42,732 bases of DNA from Chiloscyllium plagiosum (Eukaryota). Both the position numbers and the translations under genes were made by a program. Location: positions 7,252,795 to 7,295,526 of the forward strand of contig NC_057719.1 in assembly GCF_004010195.1 (NCBI RefSeq), written 5' to 3'. The notes beneath the pieces are model-generated. The model did no database searches and was not told the origin of the DNA. It was given only the letters and a program-made list of their open reading frames with translations. Positions 11,972 through 22,980 of the stretch are shown here, piece by piece. Position 1 is the stretch's first letter, and every line of letters starts with the position of its first letter.

Positions 11972-12518
11972 GAATGGAATTGCAAACTGTCGGATGCGGA
12001 ATGATAGCGAACAGTCCTGTGGCTCCCCTGTTGTCAGCAGCGACCCTAAAGAAGATCACAACTACAGTGTCGCAAAATCTTCCAATCACAGGAGTACATC
12101 CCCCACCAGCGACTCTACATCTTCTTCCTCTGCCGATGACCACTACGAGTTTGCCACGAAGGTTAGCCACGATGGGAGTGAGGCCAGTGAAGGGAGTTAC
12201 CACTGCCATGAGAGTTACAGCGAGACAGAAGATGAAGAGAGAAAAAACAAAAAGGAAAGCAAGGATTCCTTAGCAGACAGTGGGTACTTATCCCAGCACA
12301 CAAAACGGCAGCACATGACAAAAGCAAAAAAAAATGCAACTGAGACACTACCACTTAAAAAGAGGCGCACAGAAAAACCACCAGAAAGTGATGATGAGGA
12401 AATGAAAGAGGCAGCAGGTTCACTCCTGCACTTGGCAGGGATTCGCTCCTGTTTGGATAACATCACAAACCGCACTTCAAAAGGGCAGAAAGAGCAACAA
12501 CATTCGGCAAAAAATTAA
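11972..12518 (+). CDS. FOXN3: Forkhead box N3 (CHES1), terminal coding exon
   Basis: Translation [32 protein letters not shown]...[10 protein letters not shown]...DSGYLS...[50 protein letters not shown] matches the vertebrate FOXN3 C-terminus as I know it; TAA at 12516-12518. Confidence 0.96.
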
Positions 12519-15500
12519 GACAATAATGCACAGCCTCTTTAAGATTGTTGGCAGAAATTTATTTTCTTTCAGCACGTCAGGTGAATTATAATGATTTGTG
12601 GCAATATCAGCAATCACTTTGTTTTCCTATTTTAAGCCCCCTTGAGTTTTTTTAAATATATAAAAAATAATTTTTGTTTAAGGAGATTGAAGCCATAGCA
12701 AAACTTTTACTGACACTCAGCTAATTTGCAAAAGCTTTTCATTGACTGACAACAAAGCCAAAATCACTGCACCTTTTCTCTCTCCTCCTCTTTCTCTTCC
12801 CCTCCCCCTCCCCCACCTCTCTGTTCATTCTTTCAACCTGACAATACAGGTGCATGCAGGATGCATTACACTGACACATGTTGAGTTTGCATTTCGAATC
12901 CCGCATTGTTGTAATGTGAAAGGATGGGTTGGTGATGGACTGTTCATATCCAGCCATACAAAATGACAGCCAGCCTGAACAGCACAATGACCAAGAGCCA
13001 CCTGTGGTATCTGGACAAAAAGAAGAAAATTAATGTGCTGCTAAGGACTGTGATGGATTCATTGGAGGCAACTGCACTTAAGTACCAGAGATCTGGGTCT
13101 TTTAACAGGAGAGCAGATGATGGCCATCATTATTAGGCAAATCAAAACAGGGAAGAACTGTCTATTTAAAGTTTTAAAAAGTAATGCTGCCATTGGTCAG
13201 TTCCACAAATTTGTCATCTTAAACCCCAAATGCGCACACACATGTTCAAAGCCATATGCCTGATGGATGGCACTGCGTGCAAAGAGAAAGAAAACACACA
13301 GCATTTGAAACTGCCTGAGTGACGTAAAAGCAATCAAGTCTTGCAAAGAAATTCATAATCAAGCGATAATATGATAGTGATACTGATTCATCCTGACAGA
13401 TCGAAACATTTTGATCTGGCTATGATGACGAAGACAGCAAAACGATAAAAAGAGAAAAAAAGCTCTAAAGCCTGCCATTAGTATTATTCTGAAACAGAAT
13501 TGCTGAACAGTGATATCAGTGAGCTCCTCCACTGCCCTGGAACTGGAGTAAGCATCTCTCTCAGTCAGGATATGTGTATGATAAAAGACCATTGATTTTG
13601 GAATATAACCTACGTAGCCAGCAGGATTATTCAATCCATGTTGCATGGGTTCTTTGAACAAAAACTTTGCTTTTTATTCAAAGACGAAAAAAAGTTCATG
13701 TAAGGTAAATAATGTATTTAGCATGAGCATGAATTATTTTCATATAAATATAGAAAATAGAGAAAAGGCTATGCCTCTAATTTTTAAGCCCTTAGGCCTA
13801 GTTTGTTTTTTGAAGCAGGTGATGAGGTTTAACCTTTTTTTCAGGGAAAAAAAAACTGACTGTTGGGGAACTTACTCTGCAATATGAAGACTTCACATTT
13901 CTGGTAGGGCTTGGATGGTTGAGTATACTGCCTTGTCTGCATATTCAAGCCCCACTAGAGGCTTGTAAGATAAACAGAACAGTGACAGGTAACATATAAG
14001 TGTGTCCCCCAGTATAGAGTGGGAAGGGATTGGGAGGGATGGGATATGGGGGTGGGGAGGAAAATAAGTCTCTGTTCTCACCTAGTCAGTAGTGAGTGTG
14101 CATGATTTATCTAATCTCCTCAAATTTTTCTGTTAAATATTTGGGGTAGAGTGATGTATTGAATATCAATATCATATATTGGCAATATGTCACAAAACAG
14201 CACTTAGCAGTGCTGCTCATTATAATGATCAGAAGAAAGGTAAACACCACCTTTTTTGTTTATACAACTGTTTTGTCAGCATTTTTTTTCAAAAAAAGAA
14301 TTTGATAAAACAGGAACCATAAGAGCAACTGATTAATTTTGTGTTATTTTGGCAATTGTTGGATTCATAATTTTTATTTAATTGAAACTTTATGTTGGAG
14401 ATCAAGAAAGAAATTGTGTGCAGCCAACGTGATTAACAAATTGCATTGGTTATTGAGTAACACACCAAATCTTTCTGTAATTTGTCTCAGAAATTAGGAA
14501 GCCTGGCATTTTCTCAGATTAGCCTGCCTTGATTAAAAATAAAGGTGTTCATTCACACTCACTGCTCGACATTTTCCTTCTGAAAACCTTTAACCAGGCG
14601 ATCAAATCCAATCATTTTAATTTTTGGCCAATGTATCTCAGTTTAAAATTACCGATAGATTGTGACTCTACCTGAAAATGCTGAGTTAAATAATAGCCGT
14701 TATGGAAAGAGTCCAATCAGAACTTTCTCTTGTAATTCTTCACAGACATACAAAGGAGAACAGTGCAAGTGCATTCTGCAAAACCTATCTTGGGCTATGT
14801 TTATATAATAGTGAATGCTTTGTGACCAGGGTGTTGAGTAAAAATAGTTCGAAGTTTTAATTTTTTTAAAAAATTGGTTTATTAACATTGGTAAAGGGGA
14901 AGCTGCCTTTTTAAACTACTACAATAATAGATTATATGCGCAAATCTTTACTCTGAAGGCTTTAGAAATCATGTGCATTAATATTCCATGGCAGGCAGAA
15001 ATCTGCAATGACAAGGTGAAAGACTTGAAATTAGGAGATGAAAGTGGTAACTAAAGCTTTAACCTCCATAGTGATATTTTGAAATAAACCACTCGTGACC
15101 AAAAACATCCAAGCAAAAGCTACAAGTTCTTCTTTGGTTAGTTCGCTTATCCTATGGGATAATGAAAGCCATAGAACTGGAAAGCATCAGGATGCTAGCT
15201 TCCTAAATACAAAAAGCAGAATTTATCCCAAAGTAAGATGGTGAAAAAAATCTGAAATGAATCTTTGAAATTTCAAAATCATCTTCCTGCTCAGATTTGA
15301 AGTTTGCACTTGACCGTATACCAGGGTCCTTCCTATCTATCTTAAGTACTGCTTCAAATTGAAATGCGTAAACGATCATTTGTTTCTGCTGAGTTAGACT
15401 CTGAAGCAGAAATTGGGGAAAGACGATTAATTTAAAATAAACTGGAATTATGATGAGAAATAAAAATACCATCCCTCGTTAATGCATCCCTCCCCATCCA

Positions 15501-16134
15501 CAGTCTGGTGAAATCCATGAGAGCAGTGAAGCGACATGGGAAGAGCTAAACTAGTGAGTAGTCAATACTTATCAGGGGTTCTGTGCTTTGGTACACACCA
15601 GTTGATAACAGTTGGTAACAGAAGCAGGCATTACTGCAAAGTCACGAAAGCAAGCAGTTCAAACAGATAAAGGTTGAAGTTACATAGATTACTCAACATT
15701 TGAAATGGGAAACCGCAGTGACATTTCAAGTGTGATACTAAAGGAATAGCATCACCAAAATGTTCCAGGTTTTGACTAAACCATACCTCCTTTCTGTCTT
15801 TTAACAACACTGATCATGGTTGAGTTGTTCTTGAGTCCCGCTATCAAATCAGAACACGTCTTTTAAATGTGCTTTGAAACCTTTGATTTGGATGGGCTAG
15901 CAGCTTGTTTCAATAATGTCAACCATTAAGGTGTTCACAGTTTCCTTTGAGAAGCCACATGTTTCATCAAAATGAACAAACTCTTACCGGCGTCAGACGT
16001 GATCAACCATTTAAGGAGTTGATTTTGTAGTCACAAACAAGGCTAATGAAATAAGCAAAGAACCCCAATTTTAGAAGATGGACCCTCTATCTGATACTTA
16101 TCCAATTGCTACCAATGAATTGTTTTTTAAAAAA

Positions 16135-16325
16135 AGAATATTGGAGAAACTCAACAGGTCTGACAGCATCTGTGGAGAGAGACAGAGTGTTAACATTTCT
16201 CAAGTCCAGTGGGCTCAAAACATTAACTCTTGTCTCTTACCACAGATGCTGCCAAACCTGCTGAGTTTCTCCAGAATTCTCCATTTGTTTTAGATTTCCA
16301 ACATTGGCAGTATTTTGCTTTTATT
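16135..16325. mobile_element. Decayed inverted PLE hairpin (family E) in the 3' UTR
   Basis: ggagaaactcaacaggtctgacagcatctgtggagaga (~16143) is the reverse complement of ccacagatgctgccaaacctgctgagtttctcc (~16240-16272). Confidence 0.75.
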
Positions 16326-16904
16326 TGCCCACTCCAAATCTTGTTACTGGTTGGAAAAAATCAAGAATCTCTGCCGCTGACATGAGGAGATCCCTTTCCA
16401 AAGTCTTTGCCAGCAGCAGCAAACTTAACCTCTGCATAGCATAGTTTTAACAATGCAGTTTTCACCTAACTTCCTTATCCTGCATAAATTGAGGAAGGAA
16501 AGAGATTTCCATCATATTGGAATTACTGTTCATATTCTCATTCTGGACATCAAAAAAACTTCAAAACGTTTTTAATGTCTAATTGAACTAAAACTCCATG
16601 CCCCAATGTGGAGTAAGAGTGCATTCAATAATAGAGTGGAGCTTACTGTCAGCTAATTGAAGTGGTTAACCTTGATGAGGCACTTTTGTGTGGCTAATTA
16701 CTCCCATATAGGCTATCCTCAGACATCTGTTTGATAATTACAGGGTAATACCATGGAGTAACTGTCAAACTCTTGAGCAGTTTGGGAAATTAGTGCTGGT
16801 TTCTGCTTTATGTGAAAAAGGACTAAGCCCTCCTTCCAGTGATTTTGTTAATCTGAGGAAGATATCCAATAGAACGTTTAAAAAAAAAGTAGATTAAAAA
16901 CTGA

Positions 16905-17020
16905 AAAAAAACCTGCAGATGCTGGAAATCAGAAACAAAAGCAGAAATTGCTGGAAAAACTCAGAAGGTCTTGTAGCATCTGTGGAGAGAAATCAGAATT
17001 AATGTTTTGGACCCTTCCTC
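16905..17020 (-). mobile_element. PLE 3'-end fragment (family E)
   Basis: ctgcagatgctggaaatcagaaacaaaagcagaaattgctggaaaaactcag is the reverse complement of the ends at ~16240-16325 and ~20280-20345. Confidence 0.72.
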
Positions 17021-17776
17021 AAAAAAATATAGATTGCCTTTTTGTTGCACATGCTTTCAGTGAAGTTATCCTTGGCATTCCATATATTCTACCTTCCTTT
17101 CTTTCAATGCAGTTTCTAATTTATGTACTAGATTCCTGAAATTCAGCATTTAAACTATTAGATTAATAATACAACACTGCAACATGGTTCTGTGATTACA
17201 TTACTATCACTGGGGAGATGAATTTGGGTCTAATTGCTGAAAGTTTAAACCTGCAGCAATGACTTTGCATTAAACAATATTGGAAATTGTCAAATAACAA
17301 TATCAAAAAGGAAACTAGTGTACAGAATGGGCAAGGTGTAATTTAGTGGTACCAAACTATCACATCAAGGTATTTGTGACTATAGCAACTTTGTGAAGCA
17401 TAACTTCAAAGATTGTCGAGCGCTATATCAAAGGCAAGGAGTCTACTTTAATAGTTACATGAGAGGCCAAGTTTGTTTACTTTGGTATTTAATGATTTAT
17501 TAACTGCCATTTTCTTGTTTTCAAGAAGTATGTTGAATTTTTAAAATAGTTTTCTTTTCACAATGTGAGCAGTCAGAAGGCACGGGCAATCAACCAACCT
17601 TGGAGAAATATGACAAAGTCAACACAGAGGCATACTTGCATTCTACATTTCCTTAATGTTTAATCATTTTGCCAAAGACAAAAAAAAATCAATTGTAAAT
17701 ATCATTTGTCCATATATGAGAAAAGACTTTCTTGAACCTACCATAAAGTTTCTGTGATGTATTGTCTTCCAGTTGC

Positions 17777-17782
17777 AATAAA
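17777..17782 (+). terminator. FOXN3: Polyadenylation signal AATAAA (putative distal FOXN3 PAS)
   Basis: AATAAA with TGTA at 17758-17761 and downstream tgttgtcttgaattatgttgt; repeats resume about 200 bp later. Confidence 0.7.
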
Positions 17783-19062
17783 AAAATTACAAGTTGCATT
17801 AATTGAAAAAAATGTTGTCTTGAATTATGTTGTCCAGTATTCCCAATTAATTCAATAGTGATGCTCTTAGAATTGGTTTTGCAAATAATAAATGGTTGCT
17901 TTAACGAGGCCAAATGCCAGATATGTTTCATATGTGGCCTGATACAAGGTTGGAATCCTGAAACTGGCTGAAAGGGCACCTTGCAGTTTTGAATGAGGGA
18001 GAGCTGAACATGATTGCAGATGTAGAGGCCCAGTGATAGTGTCCCCTTACCTCTGAGCCAGGAGGCCCACATCCATGTCCCATCTGCTCCAAAGGTGTGT
18101 CATGAACATCTCCTGGACAGGTTGATTAAAAATGTCTGTGATTGTATATCTGGTTGACATAATATATTGCCAAACTAAATTCAATTGGATGGATGAAGAA
18201 GAATGTACTTCAATAAGCCAGTTTAAAGTTGGTTGGTAATATTGAAATAGATGAAGTTTCAAAAATGTTAAATGCTAAACGTAAACTACATGGACTCAAA
18301 GAAGGTGGGATAGCATCATATTACTAATAAACCTACAATGTACTTTTTACACACATTAAACAACTGGATAGTTCCCAGTGTCTGTGTTGCATCTGTTCTG
18401 ATGCCACCTTCTGCAGGAATGGGCCTCAGAAATGTTTGCCGTTTTCCTCGACCAAGGATTCCTTGTCACCATGATCGACATGCCCTTCGTGGTGTCCACC
18501 ATATGTCCCACCCCTTCTCTTTCCTCCAACAAGACAATAGGGTTCCCCTGATCCTCCATTTCCATCCTACCTAAAACATCAGCCACCATTTCCACTACCT
18601 CTCGTGGGATGCCACCACCAGATACATACTCGCTTCCCTTGTAGCTTTTGCAGGGACTTGAACACACTCCTCCAACACCCAAACTGCCCCCACAGCCTCA
18701 GACATCTTCCCCTTTAATGTGGTGGTGTGGCACAGTAGGTAGTGTTTGGGCTCCAGGGCAGCAGCATCCTTTTCGCTCTCTTTCGTCTTTTTTCTTTCTT
18801 TCACGTTCGAGGCTAGAGTGATGTTGGCAGTGTGGATTGAGATTCCTTGTGATAGCAGCGATGCGCAGCGGGAACTCCTGGCAATGGTAAACTCAGAGCC
18901 TGGACTCCTGGTGGTGGTGCCTGGAGTGGGGACTCCTAGCTGTGGTAGGCCCAGAGTGGGGACTCTTGGTGGTGTTGGTGAGGTAGCGGAAGCAGCAAAC
19001 TTTGGGGTCTTCTGGGACATAAGCATTGTTGTTATTATACCCAGATTGGAGGCGGCTTGAGG

Positions 19063-19280
19063 AGAAAGTGAGGACTACAGATGCTGGAGATCAGAGTCAA
19101 AACATGTGACACTGGAAAAGCGTAGCTGGTCAGCAGCATCTGAAGAGCAGGAGAGTTGATGTTTTGGGCATAAGCCCTTCAAAAATTCCTGATGAAGGGC
19201 TTATGCCTGAAACGTCAACTCTCTGCTCCTCGGACGCTGCCTGACTTGCTGTGCTTTTCTAGCACCACACTTTTTGACTC
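19063..19280. mobile_element. Inverted PLE hairpin (family A), 13-bp imperfect TSD
   Basis: AGGCGGCTTGAGG 19050-19062 and AGGCTTCTTGAGG 19281-19293; arms are reverse complementary. Confidence 0.82.
19189..19216 (+). ncRNA. Minimal hammerhead ribozyme core (family A)
   Basis: CUGAUGA A GGGC-uuau-GCCU GAA ACGU C; helix I poorly paired. Confidence 0.55.
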
Positions 19281-19350
19281 AGGCTTCTTGAGGTCCACCT
19301 TGCAGAAACCCTGGAGAACCAATTTGAACAGAAGTTGAACTCTGAGTACG

Positions 19351-19444
19351 TTTTTATTGTTCTTGTACTCAAAATAGTGCTGGATTGTGGCAACAAAACA
19401 CTTTTCACTATCTTCCTAGATATGTCACAATAAGATCATTCATT
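19351..19444 (+). mobile_element. LINE-type 3' end with (CATT)n tail
   Basis: tgtactcaaaatagtgc...acttttcact...tcattcattc; a related copy lies on the minus strand at ~25048-25128. Confidence 0.6.
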
Positions 19445-19903
19445 CCTTTGCAGTCACAAAAAATGTAACACCTGTCAATTTACTTCCTTCCTCACTATCC
19501 AAGGATCCAGACACATCATCTACACAAAGCAGTGATTTACTTGCACTTCACTTAATTTAGTCTACTGCATTTGCTGCTTATTCATATGGTCTCATGTACA
19601 CTGGGGATACAAAACACAGACTGGGTGACTGCTTTGCAGAACACTTCCATTCTGTCCATAGAAACAGCCCCGAGTTTCCAGTTGCTTCCCACTCCAAAAC
19701 AAGTCGCTGTCACAACATGGCCTGCTTTCAGAACCATTCTCACAGACTCATTGTGTCCACATGATCAGTTTTTCTTCTATTCTGGCTGACTATCCCTTTG
19801 CCTAACTTAGGTCTTCTCTTTCTGGGTTCCATTTCTACCCATCTGCTCATTCCTTCTCATCACCACCATCATTCCCACCCAATGTCATGAGAATAAATAC
19901 CAC

Positions 19904-20193
19904 TGCATGTAGGTTTGCTCACTGAGCTGGAAGGTTCGTTTTCAGATGTTTCATCACCATACTAGGTAACATCATCAGTGAGCCTCCGGATGAAGCATTG
20001 GTGGCATGGCCCGCTTTCTATTTATGTGTCGAGGTTTCCTTGGGTGGTTAATGTCATTTCCTGTAGTGATGTCACTTCCTGTTCTTGGTGGTACTTAGTA
20101 TGGTGACAAAACATCAGAAAACGAACCTTTCAGCTCACAAGCAAACCTACATCCAGAACCTCAACCTGGGCTACAAATCTTCTCAAAACTCGC
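19904..20193. mobile_element. Inverted PLE element (family B), 13-bp TSD
   Basis: GAATAAATACCAC 19891-19903 and GAATACATACCAC 20194-20206; homologous to 6340-6500; minus-strand hammerhead core 19945-19978 (CUGAUGA U GUUACC..GGUGAU GAAACAUC). Confidence 0.85.
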
Positions 20194-20389
20194 GAATACA
20201 TACCACCTTTTCCTCACTACTGTCAGTTCTGATGAAGTCACCGGACTCCAAACACTGGCTCTGTTTTCTGTTTCCACTGAAACTGCCAGACAAGCTTTAC
20301 CAGGAATTCCTGTTCTTGTTTTAGATCTTCAGCATCTGCAGTTCTTTGTTTCATAATATAGTTAATAGGTTTATTTAAGATTGATGTAT

Positions 20390-21250
20390 AGTGGACAGTG
20401 AAGAAGGTTTTCTGGGAATGCACCAAGATCTTGATTAACTGGGCCAGTGGGCTGAAGAATGGCAGATGGAGTTTAATTTAGATAAACTCAAGGTGTTGCA
20501 TTTTGGTAAGGTCAAACCAGGGCAGGACTTTAACATTCCCCAGGGCCTACCATTGACTGTTTTAAAACGGAGGTCTGGGATGCAGGTTGATAGTTCTTTG
20601 AAAGTGGTGTCACAGGTAGACAGTGGTGAAGAAGGTTTTTAGCATGCTTGCTTTCATTAGTCAGAGCACTGAGTATAGGAGTTGGGATGTTTTGTTGCAG
20701 TTGTACACAACGTTGGTCAGACTACATTTGGAATACTGCATGCAGTTCTGGTCACTATTATAGAAAGGATATTATTAAAACAGAAAGAGCACTGAAAAGA
20801 TTTACTAGGAAGCGAACTGGAAGATTTCAGTCATAAAGAGAGGCTGGATAGGCTGGGATTTTTTTCCCTAGAGTGTAAAAGACTGAGGGGTGACCTTATA
20901 GAGGTCTATAAAATCGTGAGAGGCATAGATAATGTAGGTAGCCAACAGCGTTTCCTCATGGTTAGGGAATCTAAAACTAGAGGGCATAATTTAAATGTGA
21001 GGGAAAAGGGTCCAGCGCAACAATTTTTTCACAAGAGTGTGGTGAGTGTCTGGAATGGGCTGCCAGAGGTAGTAATGGAGGCGAGTACAATTTTGTCATT
21101 TAAGAAACATTTGGACAGATACGTGGATGGGATAGGTATGGAGGGATATGGACCAAACCTGGCAAATGGGATAAGATTACTTATGAAATCTGGACAGCAT
21201 GACAAGGTGGGTGAAAGGACCTGTTTCTGTGCTGTAAACCTCTATGACAA
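20390..21250 (+). mobile_element. Degenerate CR1 LINE 3' fragment
   Basis: gtggacagtgaagaagg, tggcagatggagtttaatttagataa, VWNGLPEVV; ctctatgac tail. Confidence 0.9.
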
Positions 21251-21627
21251 CTATTTTTCTCTTTTCAATTTCTATTCTGGTTAGATTAAATACAAATTAA
21301 ATATATTATTGATTTAAAGATGCATTTGTTCTTTGCTTTATTTTCTCTCCGGTTTTGTTGGAGCAGAAACCACTGCAAAATTTCAACGAGTCTTTGTCAA
21401 AGACTTGAAGAAAATTGTGATCACTTCAAGAAATTAGAACTGCTGAATCTTGCTTTCCTCAATTGTATAACAGTTAAGTCTAATCAGATGTGTAATACTA
21501 TCTAATTTTCTGAAAAAAATATCATTTAATATAATTTCACTTGCTTTAAATGATCTATTAACGCAGCTTGTGGCACCAAATGTCAGATATGGTACTGAAC
21601 AAGTGTACTTGAGTTTAAATCCCATCT

Positions 21628-21704
21628 AGGAAACAGTGAGGTCTGCTTGCTCCTCAGATGCTGCCTGACCTATGCTTTTCCAGCAACACACAGTCGACAC
21701 AAAC
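21628..21704 (+). mobile_element. Miniature PLE (family A) insertion, 13-bp TSD
   Basis: TTAAATCCCATCT at 21615-21627 and 21705-21717; a short inverted 5' piece plus the family-A 3' end. Confidence 0.8.
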
Positions 21705-21837
21705 TTAAATCCCATCTGGCAGGTTGTGGGCCGGCACCACAAATATCTATGCAAGTTGTCAATTTATCATCTTAAACTCAAATAGTCCATCAATCTACTT
21801 CAGGGAATCTGCTACCTTAGCATAATCTCACCTGCAT

Positions 21838-22980
21838 AGAGTCATAAAGATCTCCAGCCATGGAGACACAGACCCTTTGGCCCGAACTGGTCCATGCCTA
21901 CCAAAATGTTTATCCATGTTAACCCCATTTCCCTGCACATGGCCCATATCCTTCTAAGCCTTTACTATCCATGTATTTGTTCAAATGCCTTTTAAATGTT
22001 AATGTACCCACCCACCTCAACCACTTAGGCTGGCAGCTCATTCCATAGGTGTACCACCCTCTGTGTAAAAGAGTTGCCCTTCAGGTTCCATTTTATTCTT
22101 TCCCCTCTAACCTTAAACTGATGCCCTCTAGTCCTTAATTCCCCAATCCTGAGAAAAAGACAGTACATTCACCCTATCCATGCTTCTTATGACCTTATAC
22201 ACTTCTATAAGTTCCCCCCTCAGTTTCCTATGCTCTAAAGAGGGAGGTCCTAGCTTGTCCAGCCTCTCCCAATAACTCAGACCATTGAGTCCTGGTAACA
22301 TCCTTGTAAATTTCTTCTGCACTCTTTCCAGTTTAATATCATCTTTCCTAAAGCATGGTGACCAAAAACTGAATGCAATATTCCAAATGCAGCCTCACCT
22401 AAATCCTGTACAACTCCTAACAACTTCACAACTTCTATACTCAATGCCCTGACTGATGAAGGCCAGTGTGCCAAAAGCCATCTTCACTGCCCTGTTACTT
22501 GTGACTCCACTTTGAGGGAACAGTGCACCTGAACTCCAAGGTCCTTCTATTTCACTACTTAAAGTCCTACCATTCATCATGAAATTCCTACCTTGATTGG
22601 ACTTTCCAAAATGCAAGACATCACACTTATCTATATTAAACTCCATTTGCCATCACTCCACCCCTCCCCAGGTTGATAAAGGTCCTGCTGCAATTTCTAA
22701 TCACCTTTCTCACTGTCTACAATACCATCTATGTTAGTACCATCTGCAAACTTACTAATCATCCCTTGTACATTCTCATTCAAATCATTGATATTGGTAA
22801 CAAACAGCAGGGACCCCGGAACCGACCCCTGAGGCAGTCTACTAGTGACTGACATCCAGTCCAACAAGCATCCTTCTGCTCTGCTCCCAACCCTTAAGCC
22901 AATTGTGTATCCAATTGGCCAGCTCTCCCTAGATTCTGTGCAATCTAACGTCCAGAGCAGCCTACTATGTAGAGCCTTAT
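21838..22980 (-). mobile_element. CR1 LINE 3' fragment inserted in an old SINE
   Basis: Minus ORFs MEFNIDKCDVLHFG and FTRMLPGLNGLSYWERL; the host SINE resumes (catgtgactc) at 22981. Confidence 0.9.

Larger units (their letters stand above)
12519..17805 (+). other. FOXN3: Probable long FOXN3 3' UTR (~5.3 kb)
   Basis: Almost repeat-free AT-rich stretch after the stop, unlike the repeat-dense flanks; ends at an AATAAA with upstream TGTA and a downstream GT/T-rich tract. End inferred, not transcript-supported. Confidence 0.72.
18716..19350 (-). pseudogene. Captured protein-coding fragment (~134 stop-free codons after removing the nested PLE); tentatively KMT2A/MLL1-like
   Basis: Reads RTQSSTSVQIGSPGFLQGG|PQAASNLGIITTMLMSQK...LPQLGVP...TIARSSRCASLLSQG...EPKHYLLCHTTT in one frame across the insertion. 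From memory it resembles the S/T-rich KMT2A segment (FPQLG...ITAASSICVLPSTQ...EHYQLQH); not verified by search. Confidence 0.5.
18345..20355 (+). mobile_element. Old PLE 3' half (GIY-YIG domain and 3' end) carrying nested insertions
   Basis: DNRVPLILHFHPT (~18530-18571); after the insert, CSHKKCNTCQF...FTCTSLNLVYCI...GLMYTGDTKHRLGDCFAEH (~19449-19645); decayed hammerhead CTGATGA at 20229 and family-E tail. Confidence 0.85.

Noticed and set aside
11994..11996. ATG as the start of a 174-aa gene
   Set aside because: Internal Met; a strong splice acceptor lies 22 nt upstream and the forkhead domain is outside the window.
11974..12273. Alternative-frame 99-aa ORF and antisense ORFs over the FOXN3 exon
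   Set aside because: By-products of the real coding frame in an internal spliced exon; no independent motifs.
14538..15329. Other AATAAA hexamers within the UTR (e.g. ~14538 and ~15083)
   Set aside because: Possible proximal poly(A) sites, but unsupported without transcript data; repeat depletion continues to ~17800.
18746..19060. Plus-strand 104-aa ORF
   Set aside because: Antisense shadow of the minus-strand frame, which is the one that continues across the insertion.
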